DNA of 64,000 nt from an uncultured Gammaproteobacteria bacterium (GTDB lineage: Bacteria > Patescibacteriota > Microgenomatia > Levybacterales > UBA12049): NCBI GenBank assembly GCA_964491185.1, contig CAZBFH010000001.1, positions 16,739-80,738 of the forward strand, in the 5' to 3' direction. Below are positions 38,034 to 46,603 of this stretch, in pieces. Every line of letters starts with the position of its first letter. The first letter of the stretch is position 1. The notes beneath the pieces were generated by a model, which made no database searches, was not told the origin of the DNA, and saw nothing but the letters and a program-made list of their open reading frames with translations. The position numbers and the translations under genes are program-made.

Positions 38034-39010
38034 TATTTTAATATTTTATTTTTAGTAAAAACATATGCATAAAGCGCAGGAACAGTAACACAAAAAATAG
38101 GATGCAGAAACCATGCTATATCAGGCTTCTTTAAAAAGTTTTTTATACTAATAAATAATGGGTATATTACCGTAACCATTAAAATTAGAGTTATAAAAAA
38201 GTGAGCGGAATTTACTCCATAATCATATTTCCTGAACTTTCTGTATTTCAAAAATAGGATCAAATTTCTGTATAGTTTTTTATGGAAATCAAAAAATGTA
38301 GAAACATACTTGTGCTCTACGGAAAATTTCATAAGCAGAAATTGATCATTTCCTTTTTCAACCAGCTCATAAATTGAATCTAAATGAAATAAATATGGTT
38401 CCCATGAAGAATTATCAACAATTAGTTTTCTCCGGGAGATATACCCCTGCGAACCCATTGTCGGCAAATTGTCTTTGTTAAATTTAGCAACAAAATATTT
38501 ATCGTTCTCATTTATAATATTTTCTTTCCTGATCCACTTTTTCTCTACAGGAGACAAAACTCCTCTTTTCCCTAGCATGTATACAAATGGATCATTTATC
38601 CCATATAGCTCACAATATCTATCATAAATATTATGGCTCTTACTATATTTCCAGTAAATTGCTTGTGCTCCAACCGCCTTTGGATTCTCAATAAGTGAAT
38701 ATATAAAATCTTTAATCCAGGATTTAGAAGTAAGTCTTAGATCAGCATCCATAAAAAGAACAAACTCCCCAGTTGCTTTTGAAATACCGATACTTTTTGA
38801 TTTTTCAATATGCTTAAATCCACTTACAAATACTTTTGCACCAAGTGATCTAGCAATTTCTACTGTGCCGTCTGTAGAATTATCGTCAATAACAATTATC
38901 TCAATTAGCTTTCGGGGGTAATCCTGAAGATATATAGATTCGATACAGGCTTTTATATTTTTCTCTTCATTAAATGTGGGGGTTATCACACTAATCCTTG
39001 GCAAACTCAT
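38033..39010 (-). CDS. GT2 glycosyltransferase with C-terminal membrane segments
   Basis: ISVITPTFNEE, IDDNSTDGT, FMDAD; hydrophobic C-terminus. Confidence 0.87.
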   Translation of the reverse strand: MSLPRISVITPTFNEEKNIKACIESIYLQDYPRKLIEIIVIDDNSTDGTVEIARSLGAKVFVSGFKHIEKSKSIGISKATGEFVLFMDADLRLTSKSWIKDFIYSLIENPKAVGAQAIYWKYSKSHNIYDRYCELYGINDPFVYMLGKRGVLSPVEKKWIRKENIINENDKYFVAKFNKDNLPTMGSQGYISRRKLIVDNSSWEPYLFHLDSIYELVEKGNDQFLLMKFSVEHKYVSTFFDFHKKLYRNLILFLKYRKFRKYDYGVNSAHFFITLILMVTVIYPLFISIKNFLKKPDIAWFLHPIFCVTVPALYAYVFTKNKILK

Positions 39011-39876
39011 AAACTACTGAATAAGTAAGCTATATATTTACTTAATCCATCTTCCCATTTTGGCATAATAACTCCTATTTTTTTAGCCTTTACATTTTTA
39101 AGCACTCCATATTCTGGAACCGGAACATCATTATAATTTCCCCCTCTTTTAACAGGAATTATTTTCAAATCTAGCTTTGCGCTCCTGACAATTTCCTTAG
39201 CGAAATCCGCCCAAGAAGCTGACCCTTCATTCACCAAGTGGAATACTCCACTCGCTTTTTTATTTTCGGCAAGTTTTAACGTAGCAATTGCAAGATCATT
39301 TGCGTTTGCAAAACAGGCCTCATAGTCTGATGCTATTTCAAGTTCCTTTTTTATTTTTGCTTGATTTAAAATGTAAAGAACAAAATTTCCTCCTTTTATC
39401 CTACTCCCCTTATGTCCCCCAAATATTCCACAAGTTCTTATTACAATTGAATCATTATTATAATTTAATGACACCAATTCCCGCCCTAAACACGCAAGCC
39501 CATACATTTGCAGGGGATTTGCCAAATCTGTTTCAACATAAGGTTTTCTCTTTTTTCCATCAAATACCTTATCACTACTATAGTCTATATACCTTGCCCC
39601 AAGATCCTTGCAAACCTTCGCCATATTTTTCGTTGCAAAAACATTTATTTTGAAAAGCTTTTCTGGGTATTTCTCACAATCTACTAGCACATGATATGAG
39701 GCTGTATTTATTACAACATCAGGTTTTTTGGACACAATTTTTTTCCTTACTAACTCATGGTCAGTAATATCTAAATCTTTACTCTCATAAGCAAAGATTG
39801 TGTGACCACGCTTTTTACTTTCAATTAAAATTTCACTTCCTAGTTGCCCTTTCTTACCAATCAAAAAAATCTTCAT
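39007..39876 (-). CDS. RmlD-like NDP-4-keto-sugar reductase family protein with non-canonical active site
   Basis: GKKGQLG, LDITD, PDVVIN, VFDG.K..PY.E.D..NP; YGLAC replaces YxxxK. Start set at ATG 39876 (ATGA overlap). Confidence 0.8.
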   Translation of the reverse strand: MKIFLIGKKGQLGSEILIESKKRGHTIFAYESKDLDITDHELVRKKIVSKKPDVVINTASYHVLVDCEKYPEKLFKINVFATKNMAKVCKDLGARYIDYSSDKVFDGKKRKPYVETDLANPLQMYGLACLGRELVSLNYNNDSIVIRTCGIFGGHKGSRIKGGNFVLYILNQAKIKKELEIASDYEACFANANDLAIATLKLAENKKASGVFHLVNEGSASWADFAKEIVRSAKLDLKIIPVKRGGNYNDVPVPEYGVLKNVKAKKIGVIMPKWEDGLSKYIAYLFSSL

Positions 39877-40394
39877 AATTTTATATCCGGCCATTTCGCA
39901 TCTTTTTCTGAAAGAATAGACTTTCCAATAGGCCACTTAATTTTTATTTTAGGATCATTCCATCTAACTCCATTTTCATATTCGGGTGAATAATATTGTG
40001 AAACAAAATACTCTACTGTTGTGTCATTTTCTAATGCTTGGAAACCATGGGCAAATCCTTTCGGCACTAGAATCATTTTATTATTTTTACTTGTTAGCTT
40101 TACCCCAAACCATCTTCCGTAAGTTTTTGAATCCTTACGTAAATCAATAGCGACATCATAAATCGATCCGCTTAAACAATGAACTAATTTATCTTCCTGT
40201 CTAGGTTTTTTTTGGTAATGCATTCCTCTTATCATCCCAGAATTTTTCGTGTAGGATTTATTAATCTGAACAATTTTAAATTTTCCTGGAAACAACTTAT
40301 CGTCAAAAACTCTTGTAAAAAACCCCCTTTCGTCTTCTCTCAATTCTAAATCTACGACCAATAAATCTTTTATTTTTGTTTTAATAAATTTCAT
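39873..40394 (-). CDS. rmlC: NDP-4-keto-sugar 3,5-epimerase (RmlC cupin)
   Basis: DERGFF, IRGMHYQ, KLV, DVAIDLR..SKTYG, VPKGFAHGFQAL, GVRWNDP. Confidence 0.88.
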   Translation of the reverse strand: MKFIKTKIKDLLVVDLELREDERGFFTRVFDDKLFPGKFKIVQINKSYTKNSGMIRGMHYQKKPRQEDKLVHCLSGSIYDVAIDLRKDSKTYGRWFGVKLTSKNNKMILVPKGFAHGFQALENDTTVEYFVSQYYSPEYENGVRWNDPKIKIKWPIGKSILSEKDAKWPDIKL

Positions 40395-40395
40395 A

Positions 40396-41424
40396 CTAAT
40401 TCCAATAAAGATTGTTATTTATTTTTTTCTCCTGTTGAAGCTTCTTTAAAACAGCAAGACGCGTGTATGTACCTGTCATTAAATCTCGCTTCGTGTAATG
40501 ATGCTCAAGATTTTTAATTAAATCTTTTACAGATTTATCCATATTCCATTTTTTCTTAAAAGATGGAAAAGTTTTTGAAAATTTATCAAAATCCACCCTG
40601 TAACTTCTCGAATCTTTTACTGTCTTATTTGCCAATTCAACATCACAATTCTTCAAATATTTTTTAACAATTTCCAAAACTTCTCTAATTTGATAATTCC
40701 CGTCATTAAATCCAACATTAAAAATTTCACCGTTTATTTTTTCTACATCAACTAATAAGAATTCTAAAAAAGCCTGACTTAAATCTCTGACATCAATAAG
40801 TGGTCTCCAGGGAGTTCCGTCACTCAATAATACAATTTTTCCTGTTGCTAATCCATTAACAATAAAATTATTAACAACTAAGTCATCACGAAATTTTGGG
40901 GAATATCCATAAACAGTAGAGTTTCTCATTATACCTACACAAAAATCATTGTCTGATATTTTTTTTAGATAATTTTCTGACAGAAGCTTTGTTTTGGCAT
41001 ATTCCGTTAGAGGATTTATCTTAGATTCTTCGCTTACTTTTTCTTCCTTTGTTTTTCCGTAAATACTACAACTTGAAGAAAAAATAAACCTCCTAATGCC
41101 AGCCTTTTTTGCTAGCATTGCTAAATTTGCAGTAGATTTAAAATTTATATCCTGAGTGAGCTTTGGATTAAGTTCGCCAATCGGATCGTTTGATAAAGCA
41201 GCTAAATGAATTACTGAATCAAAACCCTGTAGGTCAGTTTGGGAAATATCCCTAATATCTTTATTTATTGATTTATATTTCTTACTTTTAATATCAGTGG
41301 AAAGTCTTTTTTTATAAAAATTAGTATCTAGCCCTGTAACATCGTAGCCTTTTGATAAAAGTAAATCCGTTAATACTGCGCCAATATATCCTTTGTCTCC
41401 TGTAACCAAAACCTTTCTTGACAT
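40396..41424 (-). CDS. NAD-dependent NDP-sugar oxidoreductase/epimerase (extended SDR)
   Basis: TGDKGYIG, HLAALSNDP, FSSSCSIYG, YAKTK, SDGTPWRP. Start set at ATG 41424. Confidence 0.82.
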   Translation of the reverse strand: MSRKVLVTGDKGYIGAVLTDLLLSKGYDVTGLDTNFYKKRLSTDIKSKKYKSINKDIRDISQTDLQGFDSVIHLAALSNDPIGELNPKLTQDINFKSTANLAMLAKKAGIRRFIFSSSCSIYGKTKEEKVSEESKINPLTEYAKTKLLSENYLKKISDNDFCVGIMRNSTVYGYSPKFRDDLVVNNFIVNGLATGKIVLLSDGTPWRPLIDVRDLSQAFLEFLLVDVEKINGEIFNVGFNDGNYQIREVLEIVKKYLKNCDVELANKTVKDSRSYRVDFDKFSKTFPSFKKKWNMDKSVKDLIKNLEHHYTKRDLMTGTYTRLAVLKKLQQEKKINNNLYWN

Positions 41425-41425
41425 A

Positions 41426-42133
41426 TTATTTCCAAATTTTCCATTTAGGATTTTTCTTCCACATCCTATTAAACTCTTCCATATCCTGATATGTATCCAT
41501 CGCATGCCAGAATTTATCATGATTATAAACCGCTAACTGCTTCTTCTTGGTAAGACGCAAAAATGCATCCTCAATCATTTCTCCTTTTCTTAAGTATGAA
41601 AGAAAACTCTTATTGAAAATCATAAATCCACCATTCACGTATTCCTTAAGGATTGGTTTTTGCCTAAAAGAAATAATTAAATTATTTTCGTCAGAATTAA
41701 TTAAACCCCACTTAGATGTTGGATGGACTCCCGTTATGGTACCGATTACATTTTTCTTTTTATGATATTTTATGAGGTCATTCACGTCGACATCTCCGAC
41801 ACCATCTCCATATGTAACCATAAACTTGTCTGTTTTAATATACTTTCTTAACTTTAAAATTCTTTCCCCAGTTAAAGTTTCTTGACCGGTATCAACTGCT
41901 GTTATGTTAAATTTTTCTTTATTATTTTTTGAAAAATAATCAGCAATCATTTCTCCCTTATAACCAAGTGCGAATATAAAATTATTAAATCCAAGATGCT
42001 TATACACCTTCATTATATGCCAGATGATTGGCTTTTCACCTACTGCAATCATTGACTTAGGCTTAAATTCAGTTTCTTCTCTAAGCCTACTACCTAAACC
42101 ACCACATAAAATAATAACTGGAATATTCTTCAT
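41426..42133 (-). CDS. rfbF: Glucose-1-phosphate cytidylyltransferase
   Basis: LCGGLGSRLREETEFKPK, PIIWHIMK.Y, LGYKG, DTG..T.TG.R, TYGDG, FW.AMDT. Confidence 0.85.
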   Translation of the reverse strand: MKNIPVIILCGGLGSRLREETEFKPKSMIAVGEKPIIWHIMKVYKHLGFNNFIFALGYKGEMIADYFSKNNKEKFNITAVDTGQETLTGERILKLRKYIKTDKFMVTYGDGVGDVDVNDLIKYHKKKNVIGTITGVHPTSKWGLINSDENNLIISFRQKPILKEYVNGGFMIFNKSFLSYLRKGEMIEDAFLRLTKKKQLAVYNHDKFWHAMDTYQDMEEFNRMWKKNPKWKIWK

Positions 42134-43125
42134 TTTGTTAAATTTTTAGTTAGAAGCCCTTTGATAAAATATGCTCCATAAGCAACATGTGTTAGTGGAA
42201 TTGCAAAAGAGACGATTACCGCACCAATTGGGTCAGTTCTTGTGACAGTAGTCATAAAATATGTATAAAGCATAAGTCCAAATATAGCAAGAACTGGAAT
42301 TAAGATAGATGGGAAAAGTATTACAGAAATCAGAGTTATAATAAGCCCAATGGTAAACAAAGAAGGAAGAAAATATATGATTTCTCTTGATGTGTCCGGA
42401 TATTTTTTCGCAAAATAACCACGATGAAGACCAATATTAGAAATTTGCTTAAGATGAGGAATAAAAAGAGATCTTCTATGATGATAGACAACCGAATTAG
42501 GTTCATACAATATTTTTTTTCCTGTTTTTATAATAGATAGGCATAATTTCGTATCTTCTCCACACCACAATGTAGTTTTAAATCCTCCTATTTTTTTGTA
42601 TAGATCTTTTCTAACTAAAAAATTATATGTTGGATGATCTTCAACAAAACTCTTTGTTCCCGGTACAAATCTTATCCTCGTAGACCCACTACAAAATTCT
42701 GAAGAAAGAGTAAGCCCTCCCAGCTTTTGGAAATATGAATCCTCCTGAGGTGTTACACCCGGACCGCAAACAGCACCTATCATTGGGTCATCAAAATGCT
42801 TTACGGCTTCTTTTAACCAATATCTATCGGGGTATGCATCGTCATCAATAAATGCAATGATTTCTCCTTTTGCAAAATTAATCGCATAATCTCTTTTCTC
42901 GCCAGGTCCCGTAATTTTCTTACCTGTATTAATAAATCTGGTTTTAGGAAGCTTAATTTCAGAAATTTTTTTATCTGAAACAATTATAATCTCGTAATCT
43001 GGGTAATCAATATTTAAATGATTCTGGAAGTCATTATAAAAAGATTTGGAGTTTAAGTTAAGAACTCGATGAAAAGTGGTAACAATAGAAACCTTAGGAA
43101 CCGATTCCTGCCGACTATATTTCAT
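42130..43125 (-). CDS. GT2 glycosyltransferase with C-terminal TMs
   Basis: GPGEKRD, AFIDDDAYP, GEDT, VYHHRR; 3 C-terminal hydrophobic segments. Confidence 0.85.
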   Translation of the reverse strand: MKYSRQESVPKVSIVTTFHRVLNLNSKSFYNDFQNHLNIDYPDYEIIIVSDKKISEIKLPKTRFINTGKKITGPGEKRDYAINFAKGEIIAFIDDDAYPDRYWLKEAVKHFDDPMIGAVCGPGVTPQEDSYFQKLGGLTLSSEFCSGSTRIRFVPGTKSFVEDHPTYNFLVRKDLYKKIGGFKTTLWCGEDTKLCLSIIKTGKKILYEPNSVVYHHRRSLFIPHLKQISNIGLHRGYFAKKYPDTSREIIYFLPSLFTIGLIITLISVILFPSILIPVLAIFGLMLYTYFMTTVTRTDPIGAVIVSFAIPLTHVAYGAYFIKGLLTKNLTK

Positions 43126-43139
43126 ATAACAACTGCTTG

Positions 43140-43145
43140 ATTATA
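43140..43145 (-). promoter_or_regulatory. Putative internal -10 box
   Basis: TATAAT in the 28-nt intergenic gap, 14 nt before ATG 43125. Confidence 0.4.
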
Positions 43146-43153
43146 CAGTCCGT

Positions 43154-43669
43154 TTAGGTAATTATCAAACGATTTTCTTTTATCTTTTTAATCACTTTTG
43201 CTGGATTACCTGCAGCCAAGGAATTCGCTGGAATATCTTTTGTTACAACACTCCCTGCTCCAATTACACAATTATCTCCTATCGTAACTCCTGGTAAAAT
43301 TATACATCTTGAAGTGATCCATACATTTTTACCAATCATAACGGGTTCTGCGATAATTCTTTGATAATCTTTTGGATCGTGAGTCGCTGTAATAATCATG
43401 TTTTCAAATGAAAAAGCTGACCCCTCTCCAATATACACAGGTGCATAGTCCATAATGAAAGTGTCATTAAGGTATACATTTTCAGCAAATATTTTTCCAT
43501 AAAAAAATCTAAAACCTGGTCCAAAATGAATATTGCGACAATCCTTTAAATAAAATTTAATAAAAAATTTAAATGGAGAAAGTAAAAGCAGAAACTTACT
43601 AAAAAGAACCATCATTAGAATAAAGTTTTTAGGCGGAATCGGTTTATAAACAATTGTTTCTTTTTTCAT
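43154..43669 (-). CDS. Hexapeptide-repeat (LbH) sugar O-acetyltransferase
   Basis: ITATHD, IGKNVWI, ILPGVTIGDNCVIGAGSVVTKDIP, GNPAKVIK. Start set at ATG 43669. Confidence 0.88.
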   Translation of the reverse strand: MKKETIVYKPIPPKNFILMMVLFSKFLLLLSPFKFFIKFYLKDCRNIHFGPGFRFFYGKIFAENVYLNDTFIMDYAPVYIGEGSAFSFENMIITATHDPKDYQRIIAEPVMIGKNVWITSRCIILPGVTIGDNCVIGAGSVVTKDIPANSLAAGNPAKVIKKIKENRLIIT

Positions 43670-43676
43670 AGAAATT

Positions 43677-45143
43677 TTATTTCTCGTAATTATACAATGT
43701 TTTACGTAATCCATCCTTGTCGTAATAAAAAGTATATATATTGTAATTTGCGCTATTTTTCAGTTTCTTTTCCAAATCTTTTTTATTTAGAATTATACTT
43801 ATTTTTTCAAAAGGAACTTTATAGTGTACTGAGAAGCTTGCTCGAGGATCCATAAATGCTACCTGGATTGATGAATCAAATCGCACAATCATTGTACTTT
43901 CTTGAAAAACATCAAAGTAAAAAACACTCATTTTATATGGATCAACCCTGGGAACAAATTGCTTAAGATCAGAAAATAATTTTTCTGCATGAACACTTCT
44001 GTCTCTAACAAAATTCTCTTGATGATTAAAACTTAAATTCATTAATATGATCGTATAGGAAACTAAAAAAACGCAAAGAACCATTACTAATCTTTCTTTT
44101 GATAATCTTAAACAAAGTAAAGACAATAAAATTGGTGGAATCATTGAAAACCCTACGAAAGATAACGACAGATATCTATTTAATTCCGCATTTGCATCAA
44201 AACTCGGCAATAAAATAAAAAACCCTAAAAATCCACCGATTAAAAAAATCAAAGACAAGAGTAGGGATTTCGATAAAAGGATATTTTTTCTAAAAAATAC
44301 TACAAATGAAATAATGATGATGGTAAAACAGATACCCACTAAGTCTTTAGGTGCATCAGAGTTAATTGACTTAGGCAAAACCATATTCCCAATCACTGAG
44401 AAAAATAAACTGAAGTTTTCAAAGGAGAATGATTTAATAAACTTACCAAGCATTCCACCTCCATATAAAGCGACTCCTGAAATGAAGTACAAAAAAACAA
44501 ATACCAAATTTCTCATTATAAAAAACCTTACCCACGATTTTGTTGTTTTCAATTTTTTAGTACTTAATGAGATAACTAAATCCATTAAAATTAAAAAAAA
44601 TAACATTTGAAATGCTCTAAATGGAAACAGAACTAATCCTAAGGAAAATATCCCCAATGAAATAAAATAATAAATTTTACTTCTTGTTTCTAGATAATAT
44701 ATATTCGAAATTAACAATAGCATCGTTAAAAATACATTCAGATTATCAACTGATGCAGTATTCATTTGGGAGAAAGATTCAATGCCTATATAACCAGTTG
44801 CAAAAATTAGTGAAGAAAAGAAAGCAATAATTTTATTTTTTGTAAATTTTTCTACAAATAGATAGACCGACATGGATGCAAAAACATGAGTTATTATTCC
44901 AAATAGGAAAAATGGCTTAGGATTTAGTCCAAAAATATCGTAAATCCATCCATAAAACTTAGGAACAAATGTATAGAAAGGCGGATAATATTTTAAATCA
45001 TTAATGTGATGATATAAAACTGCATAATCATCTGAATAAAAATAAAAATCTAAAGTATTTTTAAGCGACAAATAGCTAACTAAGATTATTACCAGCAATA
45101 CAAATAATGAACTAATTCCTAGGTTTCGTCTTGTGATTTTCAT
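43677..45143 (-). CDS. GT-C membrane glycosyltransferase (divergent)
   Basis: FYFYSDDY after TM1, FGLNP..F, about 11 TMs, NRYL; soluble C-terminus. Confidence 0.68.
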   Translation of the reverse strand: MKITRRNLGISSLFVLLVIILVSYLSLKNTLDFYFYSDDYAVLYHHINDLKYYPPFYTFVPKFYGWIYDIFGLNPKPFFLFGIITHVFASMSVYLFVEKFTKNKIIAFFSSLIFATGYIGIESFSQMNTASVDNLNVFLTMLLLISNIYYLETRSKIYYFISLGIFSLGLVLFPFRAFQMLFFLILMDLVISLSTKKLKTTKSWVRFFIMRNLVFVFLYFISGVALYGGGMLGKFIKSFSFENFSLFFSVIGNMVLPKSINSDAPKDLVGICFTIIIISFVVFFRKNILLSKSLLLSLIFLIGGFLGFFILLPSFDANAELNRYLSLSFVGFSMIPPILLSLLCLRLSKERLVMVLCVFLVSYTIILMNLSFNHQENFVRDRSVHAEKLFSDLKQFVPRVDPYKMSVFYFDVFQESTMIVRFDSSIQVAFMDPRASFSVHYKVPFEKISIILNKKDLEKKLKNSANYNIYTFYYDKDGLRKTLYNYEK

Positions 45144-45184
45144 TTAAATAATCTGGGGATAATACCACATTTCTATTGTAGTCC

Positions 45185-45877
45185 TTATTTACTTTGAAAA
45201 TAAAGCTGATTAAGCAGCGAGAGAATAAATTTGAGCCCAGTTATTGTTTTTAACTTTGACCTTCCCCATCCCCGTGCTCTCTCCCTACTTGGAATCTCCT
45301 TGATCTCATAACCCTTTTTAAGAACTGAAACTACCATCTCTTGTTCAACGCCAAAATCATCTGATTTTAATTTCAAACTCTGCGCAGTAGATTTCCTAAT
45401 CGCTCTAAAGCTGTATAGAATATCAGTAAGATTGGTCTTAAATTTTTGATTTACTAATGCAACAAGCACATCACAACCTGCAGCCCTAATTATTCCTATT
45501 AAATCGATGGTCACATCTGCACTTCCTCCTGTCCTTCTAGAGCCTATTACAAGATCTGCTTCATTTTTTAAAATGGGCTCTACGAAATCTGGGATATCAT
45601 TTTCGTCGTGTGATCCATCTGCATCAAAAAAAAGAATTATGCTTTTTTTTGCATTTTTAATTCCTATTTTTAAAGCATCTCCTCTTCCCTTTCTGTGATC
45701 CAAGAAGAATCTTGCGCCAAATTTTTCAGCTATCTCTCGCGTTCCGTCATTCGAATGACCATCAACTACTATTATGTCTGAGGAATATTTCTTAACTGAC
45801 TCGAGGATTTTCTTAATTCCTTCACCTTCGTTTTTACAGGCAATTACTATACTTACCTTGGATTTGTCGTAAGACAT
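45185..45877 (-). CDS. GT2 polyprenol-phosphate sugar synthase (DPM1-like, soluble)
   Basis: VDGHSNDGT, G.G.A, FDADGSH, VIGSR, LTD, GRSKL. Confidence 0.85.
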   Translation of the reverse strand: MSYDKSKVSIVIACKNEGEGIKKILESVKKYSSDIIVVDGHSNDGTREIAEKFGARFFLDHRKGRGDALKIGIKNAKKSIILFFDADGSHDENDIPDFVEPILKNEADLVIGSRRTGGSADVTIDLIGIIRAAGCDVLVALVNQKFKTNLTDILYSFRAIRKSTAQSLKLKSDDFGVEQEMVVSVLKKGYEIKEIPSRERARGWGRSKLKTITGLKFILSLLNQLYFQSK

Positions 45878-45878
45878 T

Positions 45879-46544
45879 TTATTTAGACTTCTTTACTCTA
45901 ACCACACAGTAAAGAGAAAGATCTAGAGGCATAAATGGAAAATAGTGAATTCTCTTATCTATCTTAACTTCTTCATTGATAGCCTTAAGAATCTGTTTGT
46001 GACCCGATGGATGAATATCATTTGGATCGAAACTTAAAAAGTGATCAATAATAAAATCTGTCATAGGATTTTTTACTGGAAATCCCATAACCAATGTCCC
46101 ACCCGGCTTCAAAACTCTATACATTTCACTAACCGCTTTATTGAGCTCTTTTCCCTTGAAGTGCTCGAGCACACTTATACAAACTGCAGCATCAAAAAAA
46201 TTATCTTTATATGGAGATTTAAAGATTGAACCCACAATTAACTCCGCATTTACCCCTTCTTTCTTTAGAATTTGCTTCACTAATTTCATTTGTTTTTCTG
46301 GAATCGTGTCAATTCCGTAGATTTTTTTGCCTAGCTTTGCAAGCATAGGAACAAATGTTCCACCCCCATATCCCACATCTAGAATTCTGTCGTATTTTTT
46401 ACGTCCTAACATTGAAAATGCCAACTCTAATCTTTTTCTCATGAAATATCCCTGGAAAGGTCGATAGTACTGATCAATCGTATAGTCGATGTACGTGTAT
46501 TTTAAAGGGATGAGGTTTTCTTTCTTAGGAATTTTTAATTTCAT
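45879..46544 (-). CDS. Class I SAM-dependent methyltransferase
   Basis: ILDVGYGGG, YGID, PY.DNFFD, SVLEH, RVLKPGG. Confidence 0.88.
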   Translation of the reverse strand: MKLKIPKKENLIPLKYTYIDYTIDQYYRPFQGYFMRKRLELAFSMLGRKKYDRILDVGYGGGTFVPMLAKLGKKIYGIDTIPEKQMKLVKQILKKEGVNAELIVGSIFKSPYKDNFFDAAVCISVLEHFKGKELNKAVSEMYRVLKPGGTLVMGFPVKNPMTDFIIDHFLSFDPNDIHPSGHKQILKAINEEVKIDKRIHYFPFMPLDLSLYCVVRVKKSK

Positions 46545-46561
46545 TATTTGTTAATTTATTG

Positions 46562-46589
46562 ATTTTAGCATGTATTTTTTGATTTTCAA
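46562..46589 (-). promoter_or_regulatory. Putative internal promoter
   Basis: TTGAAA-16-TAAAAT with TGn extension in the 59-nt intergenic gap. Confidence 0.5.
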
Positions 46590-46603
46590 ATAGCAGTTTA
46601 TGC

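Noticed and set aside
39007-40394. Standard dTDP-L-rhamnose (rmlABCD) pathway
   Set aside because: No rmlA or rmlB in the window, the adjacent nucleotidyltransferase is RfbF-type, and the RmlD-like protein lacks the catalytic Lys.
6326-43714. Longest-ORF starts at 6361, 22753, 27032, 39936, 41520 and 43714
   Set aside because: The extensions overlap upstream genes or promoter boxes; family N-termini or tighter junctions favour 6325, 22714, 26978, 39876, 41424 and 43669.
44593-44600. A/T homopolymer runs as phase-variation tracts
   Set aside because: Runs of about 8 are expected in such AT-rich Lys/Phe-rich genes; frames are intact and there are no long G/C tracts.
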